NCBI RefSeq assembly: GCF_000150275.1
Contig: NW_002060943.1
Location: 9,171,270 to 9,235,269, forward strand
Reading direction: 5' to 3'
From: Trichoplax adhaerens
Taxonomy: Eukaryota; Animalia; Placozoa
DNA length: 64,000 nt
Both the position numbers and the translations under genes were made by a program. Of the stretch, positions 44,731 through 55,833 are shown piece after piece. Below the pieces are notes generated by a model. That model made no database searches. It was not told the DNA's origin and worked only from the letters and a program-made list of their open reading frames with translations. Within the stretch, counting starts at the first letter, position 1; the number at the start of each line of letters is the position of its first letter.

Positions 44731-47344
44731 TTAGCTAGTTAAAAGAATAATTGATGACACCGTACCAAAGAGTCCTTCTAATAGAAGTGGAAGTTTACCG
44801 GCCCATAAGATAGAATTTGCTGGCATGTAATGAATGGCGTTGCAGAAGTCGCATCCACTACGTACCATACTTAGTATTGTTTTGATTTGTTCCTCTTGGA
44901 TTTCCCTAATTTTGATATTATGACTACGCTTTTCTTCAAAAGACATAGTATCCATCTCTTTCAGCCTGGCATCACTATAAGGAATGTTGAAACAGACTGT
45001 TTTAAATTGCATAAAATCTCACGTTTCGTCTTTTTGCGAATTTTTACCGTGGCGGTAGGTATTACAGTACTGTAGTGTATATTGAGTGTATAAGCAAAAG
45101 TGCTGCATTTATTGCTATTGTGCGCAGTCCTTTGCATTTACGTATTTCTACCGCTGTTTATTGATACTTCCAAGTCTACTTTTGCCACAATAATTAAGTA
45201 ATGCACTTGCGTTACTATGTACACACTGTACAGTAATGATTTTACCCTTAAAAACGACTTAAATTATACGCGTAGTCTCTCCAACATTTACGGACAATAT
45301 GTACAGTATATTCGTACGTAGAACCAGAACGTACGAATGCTTTTTATTGCACTGTATTGCATTATCCTTGATTACTGATTGCTAGCAGCACTGCCTTTGA
45401 AACATTTTACGGTAAACTACTGTTGTTGTACCGGCGCATCATGCTGAGAGAAAGATCAGACGGATCCAGGAATTAATAGTAACTGCCATTTTCCTGTATT
45501 AGTAATACTACTTTAGTAATAATACACACAGCATTATAACCCCTGGCAGGTCTGATCATGCCGCAAATATCGTTAATCAACAATAGGATTGTATGGAGCA
45601 CTGATGGGCATACACTCGCAACTTGCAAAATATAACAAGCCTGTCGGTTAGTAAGCGGCAGTTTGCATTGCATTTGGAGCATGCAAGGCAAACTGCCGCT
45701 TATTAATACGCAGATAGATAGCTAAATATTCACATTTCCTGTTTGGACACGGACAGCTACATGACAACTACAGTATATAAACATTATACCCGTATATATG
45801 GTACTACGACATAGCAGTTGTTGGTGAGCTCTTGCCGTTATTGTAATCAGAGATGGACAGCTGCAGTCGTAATAACTACGCATATACAACATACAGTACA
45901 CTCAAAATAAAAACAATACAGAAAAAGATGCACAACTCTATCTTAATTATTCATCAACACATCGTGCATATTCGTCAAGATTTGATTCTGTAGGACAAGA
46001 AAACTTTACTGTTCATATGAAAAATAACGTTGACACAAAAAAAGCAAAATACCGTAAACCGTATCGTAGTTTAAAAAAAACTATTTTTCAGAGTCGTATC
46101 AACTGCATTTCAGTATTAATTTTATTTACAAATATGCGTATACTTGCCTTTGACTGTCAGAAGCTTGATTGTTGGTCTTCTCCTTTAAGTTCGACCGTAA
46201 TGTCTGCTTTTGAGTCCTTAATTTCCAAAGCTTGAGTAATCCACGAAGAAAATTCATCATTAGCGAGCAAGCCCAGAGCCTTATACCGAATGCCCACCAA
46301 TATGCTGACTCCGCGAACTTAAAGAGATTATTGCCAGCACCCCATGCCAAGTGCTCAACAGGAAAGTATAACTGATCTGCAGCAGTTTTAATCAGGCCTA
46401 GGAGGCGGGATAATTGGTCTGTATCCTAATCACAGAATACATCATGTTGTATTTATTTCTTATAGATAGAATTACGACATAGTTATTTTATGTAGTCTTC
46501 TCAATGTACGGTATGAAGCATAGATATTTTTTCACATAAGTTGAAAATTCGTAAAAGATTGACTATCAGTCCTGATCTGTAGTTTATTTAGCTACAGGGA
46601 TTTGAACGTATTGTTAGTTGTTAGGTCACAGTAAGAACAGATTTTTTTGGATACTTTCTACACATGGAGCGGATTTTGTTCGTAATTGTGAAGTTAGATA
46701 TGAAAGTACAAATGCTCCATCTTCTCGATTGGCATTTAACTAGCATTGTGTCACAAGCTCAGCGAAGTGCAACATACGGCTAGAGTCAACTGATATTTAT
46801 AAGTACGTAAGCTATACTGCAATTTAACTTAGCGATGATTAGGTTTTCTCAATCGTTTAGATTTCAGAGGCATATAAATTAACAGGAAGAAATAAATTAT
46901 CTTGTATATTGTGCGTACAGTATAACACTGCGTATACTGTATACGCTAAGAATATTATACGATGTAAACAATAATGTACAGTACAGTGTTGTATAGTAGT
47001 GTACTGCATTTATATTTAGAGAAAATTAGTGATATGCCATCACATACAGTATTAATGGTTCAGGAATAAAAATTTCCTTTTAGGTAAAGTACAATAGAAT
47101 CCAAATGCGGAATCATGCTTACCTGGCTCTGCAAGAATCTTATCGTAAATTTCAATATGATCACATCGTCGAAAAGTCGGTAAATAGCTCTGGAATTGCT
47201 CAATGCAGCGGAAAAAGTCAAAAAGCGATTTTGAAAATCCTTATTATGTAATAAGGCTGCAATGAGCTTCGAACCATACTGGCAAGTTCGGATGATATAA
47301 TCTCGACTATAGTAACTCAGCAGCATGGAATTAATTTTATCCAT
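44731..47344 (-). CDS. PEX11G: Peroxisomal membrane protein PEX11 gamma-like, 3 exons
   Basis: SYYSRDYIIRTCQYG...FSAALSNSRAIYRLFDD; ADQLYFPVEHLAWGA...WWAFGIRLWACSL; DFCNAIHYMPANSILWAGKLPLLLEGLFGTVSSII. The second intron is GC-AG. Confidence 0.9.
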
Positions 47345-48862
47345 TTTTCTTGATAGGGCTACGAGCTAGGCAATGGCAACAAGCAACAAGTTAGGTGTGC
47401 GCTGTGTGGTGTCTGTATCTGACTAGACGTACTTGCCAAAGTGGCAGAAGTTCAACTCGGAGTAAAAAACTCTTATGTACAGCACAGTACACTGTGTAGA
47501 TCATACGAGTATACTCGTATGGTCGGGTCTACTTACTGTGTACAGTTGTACAGTACTGCAGTATCGATTTTTGGTACACGTCGCTGAAACTGCTCTGCCG
47601 GCGTATAGTACTGTACCAATAACTGCATTGGAGTCAAATATCCCTCCAAACTCCCCATTGATGTTTATTAACGAAATGTAACGAGGGCAGACATGCAGAC
47701 AGACTGAGTTTTTTGATAGAAGAAAGAAAAGCTAATCACTGGCATAACGTCGCTCGATACCACTGTTAACATTTCCATTTCGTCTCACAGTCAAAGGATA
47801 ACAACAGTCTTAAATCAATGTCAGCACTAGCAAATCAAATATTAACCAACATTAGTTAATTATACGCACAAAAACGACTGAGTGGTTAAAGGTTTTTCAC
47901 TTGCGGTACAGTACAGTACTGTATTACTGTAATGTTCCGTGAACAGGTGTAGAACAAGTATACTCGTAGAGCGAAATTTCAAGTTCAAGGCAAATTCGAA
48001 GGTTTATGCCAACCCTTTTTGTTCTTCTTGACTGATGGTGCTGTATAAATATCTCGCTGACTGTAGTTCAGCCGTGGAAATCTCCAGCTATTTCGTGTAC
48101 GACTCATGTGCATTGCGAAAATAGTCGCGACTCTTTCTAACCCAATACAGGCTTCTAAGATAAATTCTTAGATTCGTTGACTCCCACCCACACTCTACGA
48201 CCTAGATAGTGGAAAGCCCAGATAAATCATTTTATGCTACTGTATTGATTTAATGTGACAGCAATACTGGTCGAATATTCGCCACCCCAAATTAAGGATG
48301 TTAAACGGCGGCGTGTTAAAAATACAAGTTACTGCTGCAGCCTATGCGCCGTTTAACACGCTATCCCACCGATACCTAACGTAAAACGGGTAACAGTGAG
48401 GTATGTCTATTCTAACTGCTTCTTGCTGATCATTTCCTAGTCTCAGCTACCGAAGAATCCAACTCATATTACAGTACTGCTTACTGTATGACTAAAATTT
48501 TTGTCTAGTTACTCAACATGTCTTACTGTAGTATCCGTACAAGTGTCACCTTACTAATAAATCCTTACAATTTGCCCCCAATATTGAATAAATTAAATTA
48601 GCAAAAAAGGAAGACTTAAAAGCCTAAAACTATACGATATATAACTTAAAAAATACATATACAATACAGTAAACGCACATGCCCACAAGTTTGTAAATAT
48701 ATATCAGAGGCTTATAGGCCGGTTTCGCCACCATTATCACGAACTAGTCCGCAACACATGCATGCGTAAAGACCATAATAACAATAACAATATGGGTACT
48801 TGTCCTATGTCCGTGTATCTTACAATACTTTATTCAAATCATGACGTACAGAACAGCGTTAA

Positions 48863-50884
48863 TTAATCTCGTTGCATCATTTTTTGACGAGCTAGCTTCT
48901 TCTTGGAAACTTTCTTCTTTGTTTCCACTTCCTCGCCCTTAGGTACAACCTGTTCACGTTCAGTCAGAATCATTTCGACATGACAAGGCGAGCTCATATA
49001 CGCTGTAGAAACCAAGACATTTGCAAAAAATTAGAGGTAAATCTAATTTATATTTATAATTGAAACAGATAAAGAAGCGTTAAAATTACAAATCCTAACA
49101 CAAACTTTTCAAATATACAGAAATTAGAAGTTCGGCAATCGTAAAATAGCGTTATTCTTAGAGTGAGAATGCATGATTTTATTTTGAGGTAATGTTACTA
49201 GGGAAGCGAATTCCTAACTGTATGGTACTATCATCGTAATTTTTAGCTAATAGAATACTGCGCGTCACAGTACTTAAACAAGGGTCTATTAATCGAAAGT
49301 AGAAACAATGTTGATTAACATAGTTTAAATGGAAATATAGTACTTACGATTAATACGACCATGAGCACGGTAAGTCCTTCTTCTGATGTGAGTAGCTTGA
49401 TTAACTTGAACGTGACCTACCACTAAGGAATCAACATCTAAGCCCTGAGAAATATGATTACAGAACGGGTTAATTAACTACGATTACAATATCTTAGTTT
49501 TTATACTGCATCTGTTCATTATAGCTTTGCATAGTCTAACCTTAACGGCTGCATTACTCTCAGCATTCTTCAGTAGCTGCAGTAGAAACTCAGCACTCTT
49601 TTTTGGCCAACGACCTTGAGTAGTAATCTTATGATTTTTACACTGAACAAAAAAACATCAAAATTTTGAGATTTTTCACAAAATTTTACAATTATTACAT
49701 AATAATTGAACTGAACATATTAATAGATATTAAAGGTATTCTTGCCTAATAAACACTACTTATTACCTGGGCTTTTCTACCAACATCTCCTTTAAATCGT
49801 CGATAAGGTACTATTTGCTTCTTGTTCATCACATCTTTCAAAAATCTCATAGCTTTGTGGATATGCATGTTTTTTAAGGTCATAGCGGTTTCACGGGTAT
49901 TCTATTTACAAAAGTTCAAAGGCGTTAACGTTTTATCTTTAATTTCAAGTGGCGGCTACGACTACGCAACATTATAATTTCCGATACTCGAAATATGATC
50001 ACAATTCACCATGTAAATTAGTCAAAATTTTGAATTGTATTAATCACTTGTTGATGCTATCGTCTAAAATTATTTAGATCAAGGAAAACAATTCTAGATT
50101 ATGGTGACTTTGCACTAATCAACCAGATATATAGTAGAATTGTCTCATGTGTTATTCTGGATTTCTGCTATGGTAGTTACAATATTGGTGCACCAAAGGT
50201 AGAATGAATAATTAAGAACTACGAGAATGTTGTACACATCTATTAGCTATTTAGTAGAATTACTTATGCTGCTAATTCTACATGGTAGTGCATAAGTAAA
50301 TACCATAGCCACATCGTATACACTTACAATGTTGCCAAAGATCTATTAACTTATAATTCATCGTGATACATGCAATGTACTGTATAACGTCGTACACGGG
50401 ATCATACACCACATACTGTATTTTATATATTGTTTCAAAATGACATTACACCGAGCGATGACAACTTAGTGATCTTTACATATTACAGTAATAAGGAACA
50501 AATTTAATACATTAAAGTCAAACGATTGCCTTTTGTGTAAATATGATGTATATTTATTAACAATTACGGTGTAGATTTGGTGTCGTGCTTTACTGTGATC
50601 TACAATTTCTTCTAAATACATAGTCTATATTACATGTTACATACAAATGTATCACTTTGCTGAACGATTCTTACCTTAAAATGAACACGAAGATTATCCC
50701 CGCGTGCCTTGCAAGCTAGAATGGACGAACAGATTAAATCCGTTAAATCGTTATTAATTTACTATAATAAGGGCTACATGTAAGGCTGGATAAATACTGT
50801 GTATAATTATTCAAAGTTTAATATCCAAGTTTTTGGCTTATTACATTTAGATGGGTTTTCTGTTTCAGAGGAGTAGCGACCCAT
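48863..50884 (-). CDS. RPL17: 60S ribosomal protein L17 (uL22), 6 coding exons
   Basis: [27 protein letters not shown]|NTRETA...[26 protein letters not shown]|GLDVD...[13 protein letters not shown]|[14 protein letters not shown]...[13 protein letters not shown]. Confidence 0.98.
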
Positions 50885-51140
50885 GTTCCTATACTAGAGA
50901 CTATTAAAAACACTCTTCAGTATGCAAGAAAAATTAGCAAGAAACATAGCGTTCAGAAAAAGATTTGAAGTACACTTCAAGTTAACAAAAAGCAATCATT
51001 AGTTGCTTCAGCTAACAACCGTTGCATTCATCAATGATTAAAATAGAAAAAAAGATGTATAAGAAAAGTAACATTTGAAAAGTAATACCTAATTCTTGTC
51101 TTCTAATCTTCAGTTGAAGTAAAATTAGTCTAAGAAATAC

Positions 51141-51168
51141 CTCATGGAAGCACGAGGAGCGAAAAAGA
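51141..51168 (-). promoter_or_regulatory. RPL17 non-coding first exon with 5'TOP/TCT pyrimidine tract
   Basis: The minus strand reads TCTTTTTCGCTCCTCGTGCTTCCATGAG|GTATTT: a pyrimidine initiator followed by a GT donor, typical of ribosomal protein genes. Confidence 0.7.
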
Positions 51169-51362
51169 ACTCTTCTTTTTACAGTGCTGTCAAATACAGT
51201 ACTGTAAAGAAGTTTGTGTTGGTACTGTAGGTGCAGTACTGTACTGTATGTACAGTACGTGCAGTACAGTATAGTATCATCTACAGTAGTACAGTACTGT
51301 GCATTGTGTAGTATAAATTACAGGTACAGTACTGTACACTGTACTGTACAGTGTACAGTAAA

Positions 51363-51456
51363 GTACTGTACTGTAAAGGGGTTGGTCATGCGTACTGTAC
51401 TGTACTATAAAGAGGTTGGTCATGCGTACTGTACTGTAAAGAGGTTGGTCATGCGT
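51363..51456. repeat. Three ~30-bp direct repeats in the RPL17/upp divergent promoter
   Basis: GTACTGTACT(G/A)TAAAG(A/G)GGTTGGTCATGC occurs three times. Confidence 0.85.
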
Positions 51457-51992
51457 GCTATACTGTAAATCATTCCAAATCAACACAGTACCACCAGGGA
51501 CTACTGAAAGATTTACCACTGAAACCTTTTCAATGGTCCATAGCTTAACAGACCACTACAGTACTGTATTTCAGAGGTGTGATGAGCTCTTACAGTACAG
51601 TACATTGTACTATACAGTCAGTTCAATTGCTAAAAATCACGCCGTAATAACAGCAGTCTGTCTGTTCATCGCTGAATAAGGTTAAAATGTCAAGCAATAA
51701 ACACGTGACATGTCGCGTGCATTGACATTTGACAGTAGCGCTTTACAGTACTTTACTGTAGGTCACTACTCACTACAAACACGTTTATTTTCTCTTTAGA
51801 TATAGAAAAAGGGAAAAAATACAGTATGATTTGAACTAACATACTATTCAAATACTGTACCTTATACCAACATCTAGCTAGAGAGCTGAATTTTTTTATA
51901 TACAGTACTGTATGTTGATAGATTTAAACTTAGCCCCAACTGTCCATGCAAGAATTGTTAAGGTACAGTACAGTACAGTACAGTTCAGTACT

Positions 51993-52178
51993 GTACATTG
52001 TACTGTAAATATCACGTGGCATCTACTCTACCGTACTGTACATTGTACTGAACAGTACATTGTATAACGTACTCAGTACAGTATTTAGCTATCCAAAAAA
52101 TCTAAAGAATTAAATAAACATGCCGTTCCGTACAGTACGGTAGAGTAGATGCCACGTGATATTTACAGTACAATGTAC
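51993..52178. mobile_element. Foldback / MITE-like element: 49-bp perfect inverted repeats around an 88-bp spacer
   Basis: GTACATTGTACTGTAAATATCACGTGGCATCTACTCTACCGTACTGTAC (51993-52041) has its exact reverse complement at 52130-52178. No clear target-site duplication. Mobility is inferred, not shown. Confidence 0.55.
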
Positions 52179-52606
52179 TGTACTGTACAGTTGTGATTTC
52201 GCACGAAATCAGGTGGCAAGTCCAGCATTACATTACAGTACAGTACTATACAGTACTGTAGGTCACCGGGTGTAACGAGTACAGTACAGTACAGTATACT
52301 GTACTGTACTGTACTAACGAACATGCACTGTACTGTAGTGTACACTGTACTGTGACTGTAGTAGTGATACGTACTGATCATATTTAACGAGAGCATGTGG
52401 GAAATCTTAATTACAACCTTTCAATGAACAGGTGCAGTGGTGCAATTAAGGGTTTCTGCTGTTGTTAGCTCCTGGCCGAATTAACTTCACTGTTCAACTG
52501 TTGCTAAGTTTTGTATTTTGTGACCATATCATAATATTCTACTAGATTATTGTGTTATTAAACTTGTCGGTTGGCCTTTTTACGAAGCTATTTCACTACA
52601 TTAATT

Positions 52607-53284
52607 ATGATGGATGAAAATCACAACGGAAATATCCACGTTTTAGGCGATGAACCGTCCCTATTTAGCCAATTCTTGGTTGAAGTTCGAGATCATAAGA
52701 TTCAGAAAGATCGGGTTAAATTTAGACGTAATATAGGACGTTTAGGAGAAATTTTTGCCTATCACATCAGTCAAACTTTAGAATATAGCCACAGGCGTGT
52801 TACTACTCCTTTAGGAAATGTGGAAATGCCGTCTTTGATCAATGAACCGGTGATAGTCTCTATTTTGCGAGCTGGCTTACCTTTGCATCAAGGTATTTTA
52901 AATTACTTTGACAATGCAGATAACGGATTCGTTTCGGCATATCGAAAAGACCGTGAAAATCAGAATGGCTTTGAAGTCAAGGTTGAATATATAGCTTCTC
53001 CTTGTTTGAAAGATAGAGTAGTTATATTAGCGGATCCTATGCTAGCAACTGGATCGTCGCTATTGTTGGCGTATGATGCAATTTGTAAGCTAGGCCCACC
53101 TGCGCACATCCATCTAGTCAGCTTAATAGCAAGCAAAGTCGGACTACAAAATATTACTAGTAAGATTCCTTCTTCCATGCTGACTATATGGCTAGGTGCT
53201 ATCGACGAAGTACTTGATGAGAAGTCTTATATTGTTCCTGGACTTGGAGATGCTGGCGATTTAGCTTATGGCACTAAAATATGA
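52607..53284 (+). CDS. upp: Uracil phosphoribosyltransferase, bacterial (Bacteroidota-like) type, intronless
   Basis: Single 225-codon ORF from ATG 52607 with FRRNIGRLGEIFAY, TPLG, SILRAGLPLHQG, PRPP motif VILADPMLATGSS and uracil-binding C-terminus YIVPGLGDAGDLAYG. Confidence 0.93.
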   Translation: MMDENHNGNIHVLGDEPSLFSQFLVEVRDHKIQKDRVKFRRNIGRLGEIFAYHISQTLEYSHRRVTTPLGNVEMPSLINEPVIVSILRAGLPLHQGILNYFDNADNGFVSAYRKDRENQNGFEVKVEYIASPCLKDRVVILADPMLATGSSLLLAYDAICKLGPPAHIHLVSLIASKVGLQNITSKIPSSMLTIWLGAIDEVLDEKSYIVPGLGDAGDLAYGTKI

Positions 53285-55419
53285 ATTAATTGTTGATATT
53301 GTATAGAATTATATTTTTATATTTGACAACTCATTTACACGGTACTTCTTTTAAATTTGAATGAAACAAAAACTTACAGCATAGTATTGAATTTCCGTAT
53401 ATGCGAATCCTTACATACTACTTTACAAATTTAGAAACTTAGATTTATAATCATCGAGTATATGTGCTTATCCTCCACCGAAATTTGTCATTTGACTTGC
53501 ATATTAGCAAAAAATTTTCACGTGGTAGGAAGTATTGATAAGAGTATTATATATATATAGGTATGTACGTACAAGAATATTTATGGACTGTATGAATACA
53601 GTATACGAAATAATATACGATATGTTATACAGTATATCCATGCTATCGTGATTAAGATCAGATTTTAAGGTGTACTCATTGTACTGTACTGTGCTATAAA
53701 CACAGACCTGCTGTTATCTTTTTATGAACATTTACAGAAAAGTACCAATGGTTTTTAATTAAACAATAAGGACATGTAATCAACTGCTACCGATGCATCG
53801 GTGCTATGAAGTCTGCACAAAAAAAGAGGTAACTGATGAAGTACAGTAGTCATTCATCGTCCTCAAGAACAAATTTATTTTGAAATCACTGTATGGTTTA
53901 GGTAAATGCTGCTTCTCGATAATTTCAGAATATGAGACTTATATGAGTTGGCTTGAGATTCGTAGTGGAATAATAAATAGCCGAAGATACTAAAATCATA
54001 CAGTCATACAGTATAGTACTGCCCAGTATAACCACGCGGTTAATTGTAATTCCTGACTTAACAGTATTACCGTCATAAAGTTTTATATCGTGTAAATATA
54101 AACTAGCACCAACAAAATATTGGTCAATCTCCATACGAATTATTATCATTAAAGGACTGATTGACTGGCGAGATATGTTGGTATAAACCACAAATATTCT
54201 TCAGTACAATTTTATTCACTTCGTATGATAGAAGATGGAGATTTTACAAATGAAAAGTTATATTAGAACATCATTCACCACTACCTACGATAATAGCGGT
54301 GAAGATAAGTTCGTAGAATAAAATTTAATCGGGCACTTGTCAACTTGTTTCGTCCATAAAAATGTGACTTTGAAAGTGACGTGCTGTAAAATCAGCTACT
54401 GATGGGAGATCCTCATTAAATAGGGTAGAGGAGTTGAGGTTTATTCCGGAGAAACTGCCTGACAAAATACATTTTATTATGACAATGTACAATATAAGTC
54501 AAAACGACCAAGAAATATAATGGCTATATGCAAGTAATCCACAGAATACGCTCTATACAGTATTAGCGTGCCACATGCCACGCTGTACGAACAGAAGATT
54601 TACACATCAAACTTTAAAAGTAGCCTCCATATCTGTCGTACAACAGCAATTAAACTCATTCTTGTGGAACCTCCATTGGTCTGAGCCGCTAAATTAAAGG
54701 TTACAGCATAATTTGCAAGCTTTACCTAATGCAAAGGATTTGAGAGCTGAACTTAAAGCGAGCAGAACAGTTCTGTGCCTACAGTTACAAATTTACTACT
54801 TTCAACCTGATTTAAGTAGTGTTACTCATCTCCAAGGTCCAAGATAAAGTTGAAAATAAAGTTACATTTAATACAGTAATTTGAAATTTTTTAGCAACGT
54901 TAGTCTCATGTGTCCATTTTGTGAGACTAATAAAATTTTTCAACTGACTCACCGTAAAATTATGATATCTAATAACTTAATGCATCTTTAATATTGAGCT
55001 CTCTCGTATAATAATACTATAAAGAAGGCTAGAAGAAATGGAATTGGTCTTAGTAATTAATGAATTAATTGTTACAATGTATACTGTATACACTTGTACA
55101 GTAGACCATATATGTAAGGGTATATTATTTATTTATTTATTTACGTCGTATGTCTTCTGGCCTTATAACGATTAATTACTTTTAATTATAATTAGTCATT
55201 GCATGAAATGATCAAAATAGTATACTCTACTATCTTATGTAATATGATAAGTAGTATTTGTGAAATTTAAGTAATCGGAAGCAGGTTTCTTATTCTACTT
55301 ATTTTATTATTTAGGAAAATTAATTAATTAACGAAATAAATGACAGACAGACAGCGGCTAAAACTATAGTTTATTACTGGTTATTGGTTAAAACAGACAG
55401 TTAGGAATTAATACTACTG

Positions 55420-55780
55420 TAGAGTACAGTTCAGTATACTGTACTGTACTCTACTCTACTGTTAGTCATCATGTACAGTACTGTACAATGTACATACTGT
55501 ACCGTACGCTGTACAGTACAATATGTACTTTACAGTGTACAGTGTACAGTACTTTATTTGTTCACAGTACTGTGCATTGTACACGATTGACAATATCCCT
55601 TTGTGCAGTACTGTACTGTACTGTACTGTTCAGTGTCCAGTACTGCCTTTAGGCCAAACTATAGAGATAACAGAAAAATCTACAGTACAATACTGTACAC
55701 TGTACAGTACAGGGTCCTTCTCTTTTACTGTACTGTACACTCTATAGGCTGCACATTACTGCACATCTTGCACTGTGCGC
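55420..55780. promoter_or_regulatory. CAGTA/TACTG-rich tract at the ANKMY2 promoter
   Basis: Dense GTACTGTAC/TACAGTAC runs end ~50 bp before the ATG at 55834. Confidence 0.6.
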
Positions 55781-55833
55781 TTGCTAGACATAAAACCAAA
55801 GAAAATTCAGTCTCTCAAAGCAACTTCAAAATT

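Noticed and set aside
50950-51040. Possible box C/D snoRNA in RPL17 intron 1 (TGATGA...CTGA on the minus strand); vertebrate RPL17 hosts SNORD58
   Set aside because: No terminal stem at the distal D box and no rRNA-complementary guide that I can recognise. It needs snoscan or Infernal.
52571-52606. TTG start for upp given in the ORF track
   Set aside because: In a eukaryotic context the in-frame ATG at 52607 or 52610 is more likely and matches the length of bacterial Upp.
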